A stretch of 64,000 nt of DNA from a virus (taxonomy: Duplodnaviria > Caudoviricetes): the IMG/VR virus record IMGVR_UViG_3300048927_000140, positions 447 to 64,446 of that record. One strand, given 5' to 3'. The notes beneath the pieces were generated by a model. The model saw nothing but the letters and a program-made list of their open reading frames with translations. It did not search any database and was not told the DNA's origin. Every line of letters begins with the position of its first letter. Within the stretch, counting starts at the first letter, position 1. Position numbers and translations under genes: made by a program. Positions 27,932 to 37,672 of the stretch are shown one piece after another.

Positions 27932-28639
27932 CTAGCCAGCTTTCTTAGCCGAGGACTTGAACAGGTACATGATCTCAAAGGTCTCAACACCGTAGGCCTT
28001 AGCAACCTGTTCTTCGTCTCCTATCTTTCTGTAATCGGCCACGGCGTTGCGCAGAGTCTGGCACTGAGGATCGGCCATCAGGGCTTTCAGACGCTCCAAC
28101 TTGTAGGACGAATTCAGCTTCTGGCGCAGCTTGGTGAAGCCTTCCACGCCAGCCAAGTACGAGATGACCATGGCCTGTACGGTCTTGCGTAGATCGTATG
28201 GCGTGAGTTTGTAGATCTCGGCCTGTATGTGATTCAAGAATGATGGCTTGGTTGCGACGCTCACGAAGTCCTCCATCGTAGGCTCTTTCACCACGAGTTC
28301 CCAGTCGTTGTACAGAGGATGAAACGTGGCGTAACGCAGCGATTTCTGAAGGCTCTGTTTCCAGTCCTTGATGATGCGCAGGTTCGTGTTCTGGAGTTCT
28401 GCCATGGATCCACACACGTATAGGATCTGCTGATCGTATGGCAACCAGTGACGCTTGAACGCCTTGATCGACGGAATTATGACGGGCCACGCCGGTTGCT
28501 TTCGAGCCACGTCCTTAACCGTGGGTCGTGCCTGCAAAGACGAATCGATGATGACGTGGCTAACGCCGTTGGACGTGAATGCGGCGCTGAGTTGCAGTGG
28601 GGATGCCAACACCCCGTAGGCTTGTATGACGTTTTTCAT
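27932..28639 (-). CDS. Hypothetical protein (235 aa)
   Basis: Coupled to the SbcC-like gene; C-terminus is HTH-like (EEQVAKAYGVETFEIMY). Confidence 0.6.
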   Translation of the reverse strand: MKNVIQAYGVLASPLQLSAAFTSNGVSHVIIDSSLQARPTVKDVARKQPAWPVIIPSIKAFKRHWLPYDQQILYVCGSMAELQNTNLRIIKDWKQSLQKSLRYATFHPLYNDWELVVKEPTMEDFVSVATKPSFLNHIQAEIYKLTPYDLRKTVQAMVISYLAGVEGFTKLRQKLNSSYKLERLKALMADPQCQTLRNAVADYRKIGDEEQVAKAYGVETFEIMYLFKSSAKKAG

Positions 28640-30876
28640 TTCACTATGCTTGGGTGGCCGACGACGATCTTGGCCTCTCCCTTCTCCTTCAGGACGGTGA
28701 ACTCTTGAGCGCCGTCATAACGCTGCTCGGTTCGTGGTGTAATAACGATGATCGATGGAATGACCTTGTTCAGTATCGGCAGCAACTTCTTGAACGCTTC
28801 CGTGGTCTCTGCGCTCATGTTCGAGTCTGGCTCGTCCAGAATAAGCACGTTGGAGCGCTTACGCTGTGGCACGAACGTCAGATGTGCCAACACCAAAATG
28901 AAGGTGTAGAGCTTGGACTCGGCTCCACTGAGCTTGCGCACGTCGGAGGTCAAGGTCTTGAGCTTCTTACCCTTGCGGTACTTGCGGGTAACGGTCAGGC
29001 TGATCTTGGACGACTCCCAGCTGAACCCGAACTCGAAGTCCTCAGGGAAGATAAGCTTCGCATACTTGTTGATCTCGGTCATCAGCTTGGTCGACACAGA
29101 CTTGATGGCCATGCGCTTCATTGCCTTGTCCGAGTAGGCTTCGACCAACAGCTTGAGCGGCTCCTCGTTAATGAGTTCGGCCCGCATTTCCAGCAGACGA
29201 TCCTTCATCTTTTGAAGGCCATCGGTGACACTACGATTGACCTCAAGCTTGGCCTTCAACGACGACAGTTTTTCATGAAGGTCGTTGATGCGTTGATTCA
29301 GCTTCGGACCTATAGATGCGGCACTGCGCTGCTTGTCCGTGAGCTTGCGAAGGTCTCGCACGTTGTCGATGTTGGGATCTATAAACTCCAGTAGTTCTAG
29401 GCGTTTGCGATCTTCATCCACCATCTGCTCTACGACTTCGGCCTCAAGCTTGCGGCCTTCAAACGGTTCGGGCTCGGTTGGCAGATCGCGCAACTCCTTG
29501 CCAATACGACGCAGACGCTTGAGTGCCTTTATCGAGTCACCAATCTTCTCGCCTTCGTCGTCATATTCTGCTTGCTTGTCCGCCCATTTGCGGTACACTG
29601 CCTTAGCTTCGTCGTACTCTTCCCACAGGTCTATAAGCCCAAGTTCAGCATCAACAGCTTTGACCTTTCGCTTGAGCTCCTTCGGGTCTTTGACTTTCAC
29701 TTCCTGACCGCACTCACCACAAGTGCCGCTACCAAACTTTATGGCATGCACCAGCTTGTGCTGCAAGGATTCAAGACGAGCGCGTAACTCTTTACGGTCT
29801 GAAGTCGGTCTGGCCTCGTCTGGCTTTATTGGCTTGTCAGGTTTGCTGTCTTTATGACGCTCTGCCTTTTCCAAGCGCCCTTGCAGTTCATCGAGTTCGG
29901 TCGCTGCTTCTTTGCAGCGTGTGCGCGCTTTCTTGAAGCCCAGCTTGCCTATCAGTGCCTTGGACTCATCACTCAGGGCTTCAAAGGCCTTCGTGTACTT
30001 GCGACTATCTCGCTGGTATTCGGCCCACGCTTTAGCGTCTTTGAGCTTGGCCTTGTTGTCCTTCAGGTTCGCCTGAGTGTCGGCGTAGAGCTGGCTGTAT
30101 TCGTCGAGATCTGGACACAGTTCGTTGAACTGCCTGATCTGCTTCTTGGAACTCTCCTCGAAAGCGAGGAGGCGCGCTATGTCTTGGAGCCTTACGTGTT
30201 TGCGCTGTAACTCGTCCAACTCGGCTTCGTAACGCTTACGCTTGGCCACGAGCCTCAGGCGTTCTTCTTTCGGAAGCGCTCGTGCCTTGTCGGCGTCGAA
30301 GACGGCCTTGAGTTCTTTGTATGCGGTGCGGACCCTTTTGAGCTTGGCCAGCTCGGCTTCAAACAGGCGGCGCTCCACGTCGATCTTGTCCAGACCGAAG
30401 GCCTCGGTAAAGAAGCGCTTGCGCTCAGTCGAACTGCCCATGACCAGCGGATGGGGCACTCGCGCATCGAGGAAGCCGTAGGTGTTGAATTCAGCCTGCG
30501 ACATTGGCAGGTACTTAGCCAGCCACGCCTTGCCATCCGACTTCTTGCGGAACTCTTTGGCTTTACCGTTGACCACGATCTCCAGCTTGGAGTTCTTGCG
30601 TACCACATCGACCTTCTTCTTATCGAGAATCATGTGTACGGTTCGGGTGCCTTGCTTGATCGTGTCCTCTTTGAGGCCGACGATTGGCTCCTCGTATAGA
30701 GTCTCGCCGATGGCGGCGAAGGCACTGGACTTACCAGCGCCGTTGGCCTGCATGGACTTGCGTCCGTTTGTGCGGTTCAGACCGTATATAACGCTCAGCC
30801 CCTTCGGTATGTCGAAGTGGAGATTCTTGAACAGCAGCGTGTCCTCTAAGGTGAGGCCTGTGATGTGTTGACTCAT
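28636..30876 (-). CDS. SbcC/Rad50/T4 gp46-like SMC ATPase
   Basis: Walker A QANGAGKS, coiled coils, zinc hook CGECG, signature LSGAE, Walker B LILDEPD. Confidence 0.88.
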   Translation of the reverse strand: MSQHITGLTLEDTLLFKNLHFDIPKGLSVIYGLNRTNGRKSMQANGAGKSSAFAAIGETLYEEPIVGLKEDTIKQGTRTVHMILDKKKVDVVRKNSKLEIVVNGKAKEFRKKSDGKAWLAKYLPMSQAEFNTYGFLDARVPHPLVMGSSTERKRFFTEAFGLDKIDVERRLFEAELAKLKRVRTAYKELKAVFDADKARALPKEERLRLVAKRKRYEAELDELQRKHVRLQDIARLLAFEESSKKQIRQFNELCPDLDEYSQLYADTQANLKDNKAKLKDAKAWAEYQRDSRKYTKAFEALSDESKALIGKLGFKKARTRCKEAATELDELQGRLEKAERHKDSKPDKPIKPDEARPTSDRKELRARLESLQHKLVHAIKFGSGTCGECGQEVKVKDPKELKRKVKAVDAELGLIDLWEEYDEAKAVYRKWADKQAEYDDEGEKIGDSIKALKRLRRIGKELRDLPTEPEPFEGRKLEAEVVEQMVDEDRKRLELLEFIDPNIDNVRDLRKLTDKQRSAASIGPKLNQRINDLHEKLSSLKAKLEVNRSVTDGLQKMKDRLLEMRAELINEEPLKLLVEAYSDKAMKRMAIKSVSTKLMTEINKYAKLIFPEDFEFGFSWESSKISLTVTRKYRKGKKLKTLTSDVRKLSGAESKLYTFILVLAHLTFVPQRKRSNVLILDEPDSNMSAETTEAFKKLLPILNKVIPSIIVITPRTEQRYDGAQEFTVLKEKGEAKIVVGHPSIVK

Positions 30877-31205
30877 TGTTGGATCGCATAGAACAGGTAA
30901 TGAACGGAGTCCAGTTTGGTGGGCATGCACCAGTTGTAGCCCTCAGGCAGTGTCTCTCCGACTTTGCGGACGATGAACACGACCTTCTGGTAACCTTCCG
31001 GCGTGCCCGCTCGAATGACACTCAGCTGAGGGAACGGCGTTTGCTGCTGAACGCGGGTGTGCATGTAGTGAATCTCGATAACGCCCGGGCCTTGTGCGAG
31101 TTCCCATCCTGCATGCAAGAGAATGAAGCCCGTGGGCAGCAGTGCTACTACGTTGGTCAAAGAGTCGTGGCGAATGGTGAAGGCCTGCGTGTATGTGATG
31201 CTCAT
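30873..31205 (-). CDS. Hypothetical protein
   Basis: GAGGAA RBS; AGTAAATA motif upstream. Confidence 0.55.
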   Translation of the reverse strand: MSITYTQAFTIRHDSLTNVVALLPTGFILLHAGWELAQGPGVIEIHYMHTRVQQQTPFPQLSVIRAGTPEGYQKVVFIVRKVGETLPEGYNWCMPTKLDSVHYLFYAIQQ

Positions 31206-31243
31206 GACTTTTCCTCTTGTTGTCGATCAAGGTATTTACTACC

Positions 31244-31290
31244 GAGACGAAAAACAGCCGCCGACTTTTTCAAGAGGGCGGCTGTTTCTT
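31244..31290 (-). terminator. Intrinsic terminator
   Basis: AAACAGCCGCC/GGCGGCTGTTT stem; minus-strand tail TTCGTCT. Confidence 0.7.
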
Positions 31291-31534
31291 AGTGCGGCTT
31301 ATACTGGAATGTTGCTGTGAACTCGTGCGTCTCAGGATTGAGAGTGGACGGGCCAATGTCCGACACGCCGACTGGGTAGACAGTATCAGGGTCGATGCCT
31401 CGTGCCATCAGTTCTGCACGTATGCGCTCGCTTACGGCTTCGACAGTATCGGCGCCAGTCAGGTCAACATCGATATCGCTCTTATCCTTGTCCGTCGCCA
31501 TTCGGTCTTCGATAAACTCGCGCAGCGTAGTCAT
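31289..31534 (-). CDS. Hypothetical protein
   Basis: AAGGAC RBS; ATGA coupling. Confidence 0.55.
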   Translation of the reverse strand: MTTLREFIEDRMATDKDKSDIDVDLTGADTVEAVSERIRAELMARGIDPDTVYPVGVSDIGPSTLNPETHEFTATFQYKPH

Positions 31535-31746
31535 GTCGGGTCCTTCTCATCTAAAAGTTTTGACGCGCTGAACTTCACGCTGGCGTTGATCGAGTCCACG
31601 GGCTTATGAATCGTGACTTGGATCTCAATAGGATCTGTGTCAGGAGCCCAGCCCATGTCTCTGGCAAACTCGATCTCCTTGCGAATGCGCTCCAGAGCCT
31701 CGCGCACCTTTGGATGATCCAGCGCGCTCATGCTGACACGCGCCAC
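31531..31746 (-). CDS. Hypothetical protein
   Basis: Tight packing with coupled neighbours. Confidence 0.5.
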   Translation of the reverse strand: MARVSMSALDHPKVREALERIRKEIEFARDMGWAPDTDPIEIQVTIHKPVDSINASVKFSASKLLDEKDPT

Positions 31747-31952
31747 GGACCTTTAGTCAGATCGACGGCGTGGACTTGCGGCAGATCGTCAAGCTCCACG
31801 CCTGTGACACGAGTACGCGTCAACCTAGGATCGTCCGGATCCGAAAAGGTCTCGTGATGTACGCGGGTTACCCGCTTGTAGCCTTCAGGATCCGAGGCCT
31901 CCATCTTGGCGATCTGGTCTTGCAGATCACGAATGCTCTGTCCAATCTTCAT
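31728..31952 (-). CDS. Hypothetical protein
   Basis: AAGGAG RBS; ATGA overlap with the clamp-loader stop. Confidence 0.55.
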   Translation of the reverse strand: MKIGQSIRDLQDQIAKMEASDPEGYKRVTRVHHETFSDPDDPRLTRTRVTGVELDDLPQVHAVDLTKGPWRVSA

Positions 31953-33043
31953 TTCGTCTCCTTGATGATGCGATAGAGTGCGGCCGACAGCAGATCAACG
32001 GCCGGCATGCTGAACGTCGAGGCCTTGGCTTTGGCTTCGATGATCGTTGCGTTGATGGCTGCCAGAGTGCCGAGCGTGATCTTGAGTTGGCCAGCGTCCT
32101 TGCGCAGTTGCTGGCCCCACTTGGTCGCCCAGTTCTTGCGGTGATTGCGACCTTCCAGCACCATGTTGTTCAGGACCGCGCTATTCATCCAGTGCAGCTT
32201 GGTCACGAAGTGGAAGTCGTCTTGCACGTCCAGCAGACCGCGCATGACGGCCTTGAACTGACCCTGGTACACAGCGAGCATCACCTTGTAGGCCAGTTCG
32301 TCATCGGCGCTCTCGGTCGACTTCAGGACCTGAGTGATGTGCTCGGCAGTCAGTCGCTTGGGTTTTTTCTCACTGCCCTCCCAGTATTGCTGGAGCGCTT
32401 CCATCGTGTTGGCCAGACTGCGCATGTCGGTCACGGATTTTGCCACGGCTTTCAGGAGCGCGTCGTCTTCGGACATTACGTACTTCATCTCTTCGGCCTT
32501 GGCGATGCGCTTGGCCTGCTTCAACAGGTCGGAGGTCGTGTGTTCTTCCAGCACGAACTGATTGCAGCGCTTGAGGAACGCACGGCCCGTCTCGGTACTG
32601 CTGAACTTCGCTGGCTCCATCGAACAGAGGACAAACAGCGTGTTGGCCGGCGGCTCTTCCAAGTCCTTTAGGAAGGCGTTGGCTGCCTGACCGTTGGACA
32701 GAATGCCTTGCGCCTCGTCCAGGACGATGACGCGTTTCTTGTGTTGGGGCTTGAAGCGCGCCGTTTGCTTCCACTTGGCCACGTCCTCCATCGTCTTCTG
32801 GGCCGACGCATTGACTTCCATGTAGTCCCTGCTGTCACCGATGGACTTGAGGCCATTGATATCGGCAGCGAACGCGCGAGCCAACGTGGTCTTACCAGTG
32901 CCGGAAGGACCAAAGAAGGCCATGGCGGTCGGTACCTTACCAGACTTGACCATGCCTTGCAAACGGGTGACCGCCGCTTCGTGGCCGATGACTCGGCTCA
33001 AATTCTTTGGCCTGTAAACCAAGTGGAATGCTGTGTGAGACAT
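31949..33043 (-). CDS. Clamp loader AAA+ subunit (DnaX gamma/tau or RFC-like)
   Basis: YRP..L..VIGHE, FGPSGTGKTTLAR, EVNAS, VIVLDEA, AANAFLKDLEEPP, RC. Confidence 0.9.
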   Translation of the reverse strand: MSHTAFHLVYRPKNLSRVIGHEAAVTRLQGMVKSGKVPTAMAFFGPSGTGKTTLARAFAADINGLKSIGDSRDYMEVNASAQKTMEDVAKWKQTARFKPQHKKRVIVLDEAQGILSNGQAANAFLKDLEEPPANTLFVLCSMEPAKFSSTETGRAFLKRCNQFVLEEHTTSDLLKQAKRIAKAEEMKYVMSEDDALLKAVAKSVTDMRSLANTMEALQQYWEGSEKKPKRLTAEHITQVLKSTESADDELAYKVMLAVYQGQFKAVMRGLLDVQDDFHFVTKLHWMNSAVLNNMVLEGRNHRKNWATKWGQQLRKDAGQLKITLGTLAAINATIIEAKAKASTFSMPAVDLLSAALYRIIKETK

Positions 33044-33045
33044 TA

Positions 33046-33393
33046 CTACTCCTTGTTGATGCGCCGTAGCGCGTGTTGTTTGAGATACAAGCGTATTCTG
33101 TAAGACGGTACGCTCTCGGCTTCAGGCAAGTAGGTCCACTCAACGTCGCGGCCGACCTTCATTAGACCTTCTATACACTTCTGGCCCTTAAGAAAGGCGC
33201 TGATGCTCACATCCCCGCTAGGGAAATGACGCATCTCGATATCGTAGCCTTCGTGGCTGAATACCTCGAGGGCAAAATCTCGATGTTGAGTCACGCGTGT
33301 TGTTGGACCTTGCGACTGATCGGCCGCCAGTTCGTGACACTGACACAGCCAACGGCACAGCCACTTCTTTAACTTTTGGACTTTCGTTTCCAT
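33046..33393 (-). CDS. Hypothetical protein
   Basis: GAGGAG upstream; operon packing. Confidence 0.5.
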   Translation of the reverse strand: METKVQKLKKWLCRWLCQCHELAADQSQGPTTRVTQHRDFALEVFSHEGYDIEMRHFPSGDVSISAFLKGQKCIEGLMKVGRDVEWTYLPEAESVPSYRIRLYLKQHALRRINKE

Positions 33394-33581
33394 CGCTTCA
33401 ACTCCTCTCCCATCACGGCATGCAGGGAGTCCGAGACACTCTCGTAGAGACGGTCTCGGACCTTCTTGACCTTATCGCCTTCTTCCAGCTCAGCAACTTC
33501 GGTAATGCTAACGGTCAGGGGCTCGAACTGCGCCGCCTGAACTACTTTGGTAACGGTCACGGAAAGGGTTTTGCGTTTCAT
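33369..33581 (-). CDS. Small hypothetical protein
   Basis: AGTAAATA motif just upstream; QFEPLTVSIT strand followed by a helix. Confidence 0.55.
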   Translation of the reverse strand: MKRKTLSVTVTKVVQAAQFEPLTVSITEVAELEEGDKVKKVRDRLYESVSDSLHAVMGEELKRWKRKSKS

Positions 33582-33601
33582 GTTGGTCTCTCTATTTACT
33601 G

Positions 33602-34483
33602 TCAGAGGTTAATCAGAGGTAGGTGTTTCTTTTTGACGCCAGTCTTGTACGCGGCCTTGAGTTGGCTCTTGAGACTCAAACTGCTTTTACAGGTCTTGCA
33701 GTATTCGTGCTTACACTTGCCGTACCTAGCAAGTGCAATGGCCTGCTCGGCTGTCTCTACTGCCAGCACCTCCTTGTGCTGTTTCTTGTAGGTGCGAATG
33801 CGCTCCTGCACGATCTTCATGCGTGCGCCGTTGATAAGCTTGACCCAGACTTCTGGCTTCGTTGGATCATCCCTCGGTATGAACATCAGCATCACGCCTT
33901 CGACCTTGATCTTGTGCTGGAGCCAGAGCATCAGCGCGTAGGTCTCTACCTGCTCCCTGTAGGAGGCGGGTGGACTCTTGCTCTTGTACCCTGCGCCTTT
34001 CAGAGTCGCGGTCTTGAAGTCCAGAATCCAATACTTACCGTGGCGATCCTGAAAGATGGCGTCGATGTGGCCGACGACGCCCTTGTGATTGATGAGCGCC
34101 TCGTGGTAGGTCATCGTCACGTCGCAGCACTCCGAGTTGGTACTCATACGTCGCCACTTGCCGCACGTCTTGCACTCCCAGTCGGCAATGAACCTGCCGC
34201 TGGGGCTTAGATACGTTTGTACCACTTCGTGGACTGTGGTACCGACCGATGTGTAGTAAGCACCCAGCATATTGAGGGTGCTCACCATGCCTTGCACTGC
34301 ATGACGTATGAAAAAGTCCGGGGCACAGAACGGCATCTGAGATGGGCGCAAGAACTTAATGCGTGAGGCGTCTCGTTTCGAGGCCACTACAACGTCTTGC
34401 GCCTCGAGGTACACGCTCAGCAGATCCTGTATGACCTGCTTTTTAATTTTCTTGGAGCTCAATTTGATTTCTTTCACTGTCAA
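33602..34483 (-). CDS. Cas4/RecB-like PD-(D/E)xK exonuclease
   Basis: RPSQ.P.C, GTTVHE, GHIDAIF, ILDFKT, QVETY and C-terminal CKHEYCKTC (Fe-S type cysteines); TTG start. Confidence 0.8.
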   Translation of the reverse strand: MTVKEIKLSSKKIKKQVIQDLLSVYLEAQDVVVASKRDASRIKFLRPSQMPFCAPDFFIRHAVQGMVSTLNMLGAYYTSVGTTVHEVVQTYLSPSGRFIADWECKTCGKWRRMSTNSECCDVTMTYHEALINHKGVVGHIDAIFQDRHGKYWILDFKTATLKGAGYKSKSPPASYREQVETYALMLWLQHKIKVEGVMLMFIPRDDPTKPEVWVKLINGARMKIVQERIRTYKKQHKEVLAVETAEQAIALARYGKCKHEYCKTCKSSLSLKSQLKAAYKTGVKKKHLPLINL

Positions 34484-34500
34484 CGTTCAAAGGAAACGAG

Positions 34501-36747
34501 ATGATCCTTCAACTCACCGATTATGCGGTTGGTGTACTGGCTACCAATCCGAGCCCGACCCTGGACGTCTTTAAGATCGGTTCGGCTTCTGGCTATGTTC
34601 CGCTGCCGACCGACACTGACATTCACGGCAGCATCCAATTCACGGGCCAAGTAGCACCGCCTGTGACGCTCAACGCCAACGTGGTCAAGTACGTGATCTC
34701 GATGGACAGCACCGTCGGCGACTTCTCCTACGGCGAGGTCGGCTTCATGTATCAGGGTCAACTGTTTGCCCTGGCCGTGGCCGATACGCTGTCGTTCAAG
34801 CGCAAGACCGGCGCTGATCCAGGCAACATCGTGCGCTTCGACGCCTATCTGACTGTGGTTGGTGCGAACTACGCCATGGTCGTGGACGAAGCCGATTCGT
34901 CAAACCAGTTCATGATGGCCGGCTTGTCGACCATCGATCAACTGCCGCCAGTAAACAACACGCTGCCTAACAGCTATATAATTAGCGGCGCGTCGTCTGA
35001 CCAATCGACCTTCATGGCCTACACCGACCGTACCGGCTTGTGGTCGTTTGACGCCTATCAGTTCGGCAACACGATTCCAGCCACTGTGGTGTCGGCTGAC
35101 ATTCTGAGCGTGACCATTGCGCTGGCCGACTACTCGGCGGATATGAATCCGGCGTTCTTCGGTCAGGTGGCGCTCCAGTTCGGCACCGGCCTGAACTTCT
35201 CCATCTGCCGCTACGTCAAGACCGCGATTCAGAGTGGCCAGACCGTGACCCTGGGCTTCCAGACTCCTATGGCCATCGTGCCTAGCGCGGGGGACAAGAT
35301 TCGCGTGTACCGTCGTGTGGACGGCGCCAGCGGCCTGCAACTGCCTATCGCTACTGCGTCGCTGCTGGGTGGTATCAAGATCGGCACGGGTCTGGTCATC
35401 AATCCGACGACCGGCGTGTGCTCGGTCGATCCAGCAGCACTGGGCGCCGTCACTTCGGTGAATGGTAAGACCGGTGCTGTCACGCTGACCGCACCAGACA
35501 TTCCGGGCATCGCCACCGTCGGCAAAACCGGCAGCTACAACGACCTGACCGACAAGCCAGCACCGTATTCGCTGCCAATCGCAACCACGACAGTGCTCGG
35601 CGGTGTGAAAGCCCCGGCCAATGGCAATCTGACGATCAATGGCAGCGGCGTCATCGACTTGGGCTTTACCCCGATTAAGACTGTCAACGGCGTGGGCCCA
35701 GATGCGAGTGGTAACATCAACGTGGTCTCGAACGAAATCGGGCTGGTTGATCCGCAAGCTGTGGTGTCGAACGCTGACCTCAACAACTATACCACGACTG
35801 GTCTATTTACTATCGCAGCTGGCTTGTCCACCAACTTGGTCAACGCACCGACCAACACAGGTGAAGTCGCAACCCTGGAAGTCGTGCCGACCGTACTGAA
35901 CGGCACGGGCTACTCGGTGCAGCGCTACATCACGGCGACCGGCATGTGGTGGCGTGCAGGCGTCGGCAACTCGTGGGGTGCGTGGAACGCGGTCTCGACA
36001 CAGGCCATTGCCACTACTTCGAGTCTCGGCGTGGTGCAGATCGGCAGCGGCCTGAGCATCACGGCGCAGGGTGTCCTGTCGTGGAACTCCAGCGCTCTTC
36101 CTGTGGCCTCGGCTTCGACCCTGGGTGTGATTCGTGTTGGCTCAGGTCTTAGCATCGACGGCTCTGGCATTCTGAGCGCGACCGCAACTCCGTATACCTT
36201 GCCAATTGCAAGTGCAGGTACTCTGGGTGGCATTCGTGTTGGTGCTGGCCTGTCTATCGATGGCTCCGGCATCTTGAAAGCCTCGGTGCAGACCGTAAAC
36301 GGTGCAGGCCCAGACGCCAACGGTAATATCGTTGTGACCAGTGACTCGAACAAGCTGGATCGCGTGAACGGTACTGCTACGGGTGTATATCTGACGTTTG
36401 TTGATCTGGGCACCAAGGCAAGCGGCTCGTTGGTCACGGTGGCTGCTTCGGCCGCAAACGTGCAGCGTGCGCAGTTCACTGGCGGCAACGTGAGCTGGAC
36501 CTTCACGTGGCCTGCTTCCGGTACTTACGCTGAGGTACAGCTGGAGATCCAGAACGGCGGTCTTGCGACCCACACGTTCCCGGCCGCACTCAAGTGGGTG
36601 AACCCAGACGGCACGTTTACCACTGCGTTCGCTACCTACATGAACAATCGTCGTGCAGGTCAGTCGAACTTCCAAACAAGCGGCATCGACTTTGCCATCA
36701 TGTGGACTCGTGACGGTGGTACGAATATCTATGCCGTGATTCTGTGA
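34501..36747 (+). CDS. Tail fibre protein 1 (748 aa)
   Basis: P2 gpH/DUF3751-like N-terminus (LTDY...FKIGS...EVG); LPIA...LGG(I/V)K(I/V)G.GL repeats; SVNGKTG; pyocin-knob-like segment; C-terminal DFAIMWTRDGGTN domain. Confidence 0.85.
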   Translation: MILQLTDYAVGVLATNPSPTLDVFKIGSASGYVPLPTDTDIHGSIQFTGQVAPPVTLNANVVKYVISMDSTVGDFSYGEVGFMYQGQLFALAVADTLSFKRKTGADPGNIVRFDAYLTVVGANYAMVVDEADSSNQFMMAGLSTIDQLPPVNNTLPNSYIISGASSDQSTFMAYTDRTGLWSFDAYQFGNTIPATVVSADILSVTIALADYSADMNPAFFGQVALQFGTGLNFSICRYVKTAIQSGQTVTLGFQTPMAIVPSAGDKIRVYRRVDGASGLQLPIATASLLGGIKIGTGLVINPTTGVCSVDPAALGAVTSVNGKTGAVTLTAPDIPGIATVGKTGSYNDLTDKPAPYSLPIATTTVLGGVKAPANGNLTINGSGVIDLGFTPIKTVNGVGPDASGNINVVSNEIGLVDPQAVVSNADLNNYTTTGLFTIAAGLSTNLVNAPTNTGEVATLEVVPTVLNGTGYSVQRYITATGMWWRAGVGNSWGAWNAVSTQAIATTSSLGVVQIGSGLSITAQGVLSWNSSALPVASASTLGVIRVGSGLSIDGSGILSATATPYTLPIASAGTLGGIRVGAGLSIDGSGILKASVQTVNGAGPDANGNIVVTSDSNKLDRVNGTATGVYLTFVDLGTKASGSLVTVAASAANVQRAQFTGGNVSWTFTWPASGTYAEVQLEIQNGGLATHTFPAALKWVNPDGTFTTAFATYMNNRRAGQSNFQTSGIDFAIMWTRDGGTNIYAVIL

Positions 36748-36754
36748 GGACGTC

Positions 36755-37654
36755 ATGTTCCTAAAACGGAAGTTCTTCAACCGAATGCCGCCTACTCCAA
36801 TAGTGGACGGCACATTCAGCATGGTGAGTGCCCCCATTTCGGGTTCCACTCCCGTGCCGAACGCCACCAACAAGTACACGTTTGCCACAAACTTGGTGAC
36901 GGCAGAAACCAATCTCGCCGTCTCGGCCACGTCTGTTATTGGGCACAGTAACTCCACCGTTGGTATGTTCTACAGCGGTGGATCGGCTTTTGCGGGCACT
37001 CAGTACACGTGGGCCAACAACTCCACAGCCACAAGGACCGCACCAGTAGCGATTCATAACTTCGGCGTGGCCACGGGAGGCTCCACGTTCGGTTTGATCG
37101 CGACCTCAGGAGCGAGCCCTGGTACAAGGCTCATCACCAAGTACACGTATTCAGGCTCGGCCTTCACCACAGGCACGCAACTCGTGGCCAACTTGTGTAG
37201 GGGCGGCGCGGTCAGTTCGGCGACCTATGCTCTGTTTGCTCTGGGTGGTAGCTCGTCCCCTGGCACGGCCACGACCAACAAGTACGCTTACGGGACAGAC
37301 GTGACTTCGGCTGGAACCGACCTCGCGTCTGCCGTGTTCCAGGCTGCGGCCTGTGGCAACGTAGATGTAGGTGTGTTCTCGATTGGGTCGACTGTGACCA
37401 CAACGACTAAGTACCTGTACGCGTCTGATAGCGTAGCTGCCGGCGGAACGCGACTTGCATCCATAAACGCATTCGGCAATCCGGCCAGCGGCATCGGCAC
37501 CACAGGACTGTTCGACACCTCTTCGGCCGGTGTGCCTAACAAGTACCACTACGCCGACGATACAGTGTCCTCAGGTTCGGCTTGGGTGTCTAGTCCGGCA
37601 ACGGCGATTGGGTGCTCGTTGTCCAATGGCGTGCAAGACGTGACTATGGCGTAG
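36755..37654 (+). CDS. Six-repeat propeller-like putative fibre-tip adhesin A1
   Basis: Six T.KY.(Y/F/W)A.D...G..L repeats; MFLKRKFF start; SNGVQ end. Confidence 0.65.
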   Translation: MFLKRKFFNRMPPTPIVDGTFSMVSAPISGSTPVPNATNKYTFATNLVTAETNLAVSATSVIGHSNSTVGMFYSGGSAFAGTQYTWANNSTATRTAPVAIHNFGVATGGSTFGLIATSGASPGTRLITKYTYSGSAFTTGTQLVANLCRGGAVSSATYALFALGGSSSPGTATTNKYAYGTDVTSAGTDLASAVFQAAACGNVDVGVFSIGSTVTTTTKYLYASDSVAAGGTRLASINAFGNPASGIGTTGLFDTSSAGVPNKYHYADDTVSSGSAWVSSPATAIGCSLSNGVQDVTMA

Positions 37655-37672
37655 TCCAAGAAAGGAATACAA

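Noticed and set aside
33602-34483. Cas4-like gene as a sign of a CRISPR-Cas system
   Set aside because: No repeats or other cas genes; solo Cas4-like nucleases are common in phage replication modules.
34900-35757. 285-aa minus-strand ORF downstream of the embedded AGTAAATA motif
   Set aside because: It lies fully antisense to fibre 1 with shadow-frame composition, a TTG start and no clear RBS.
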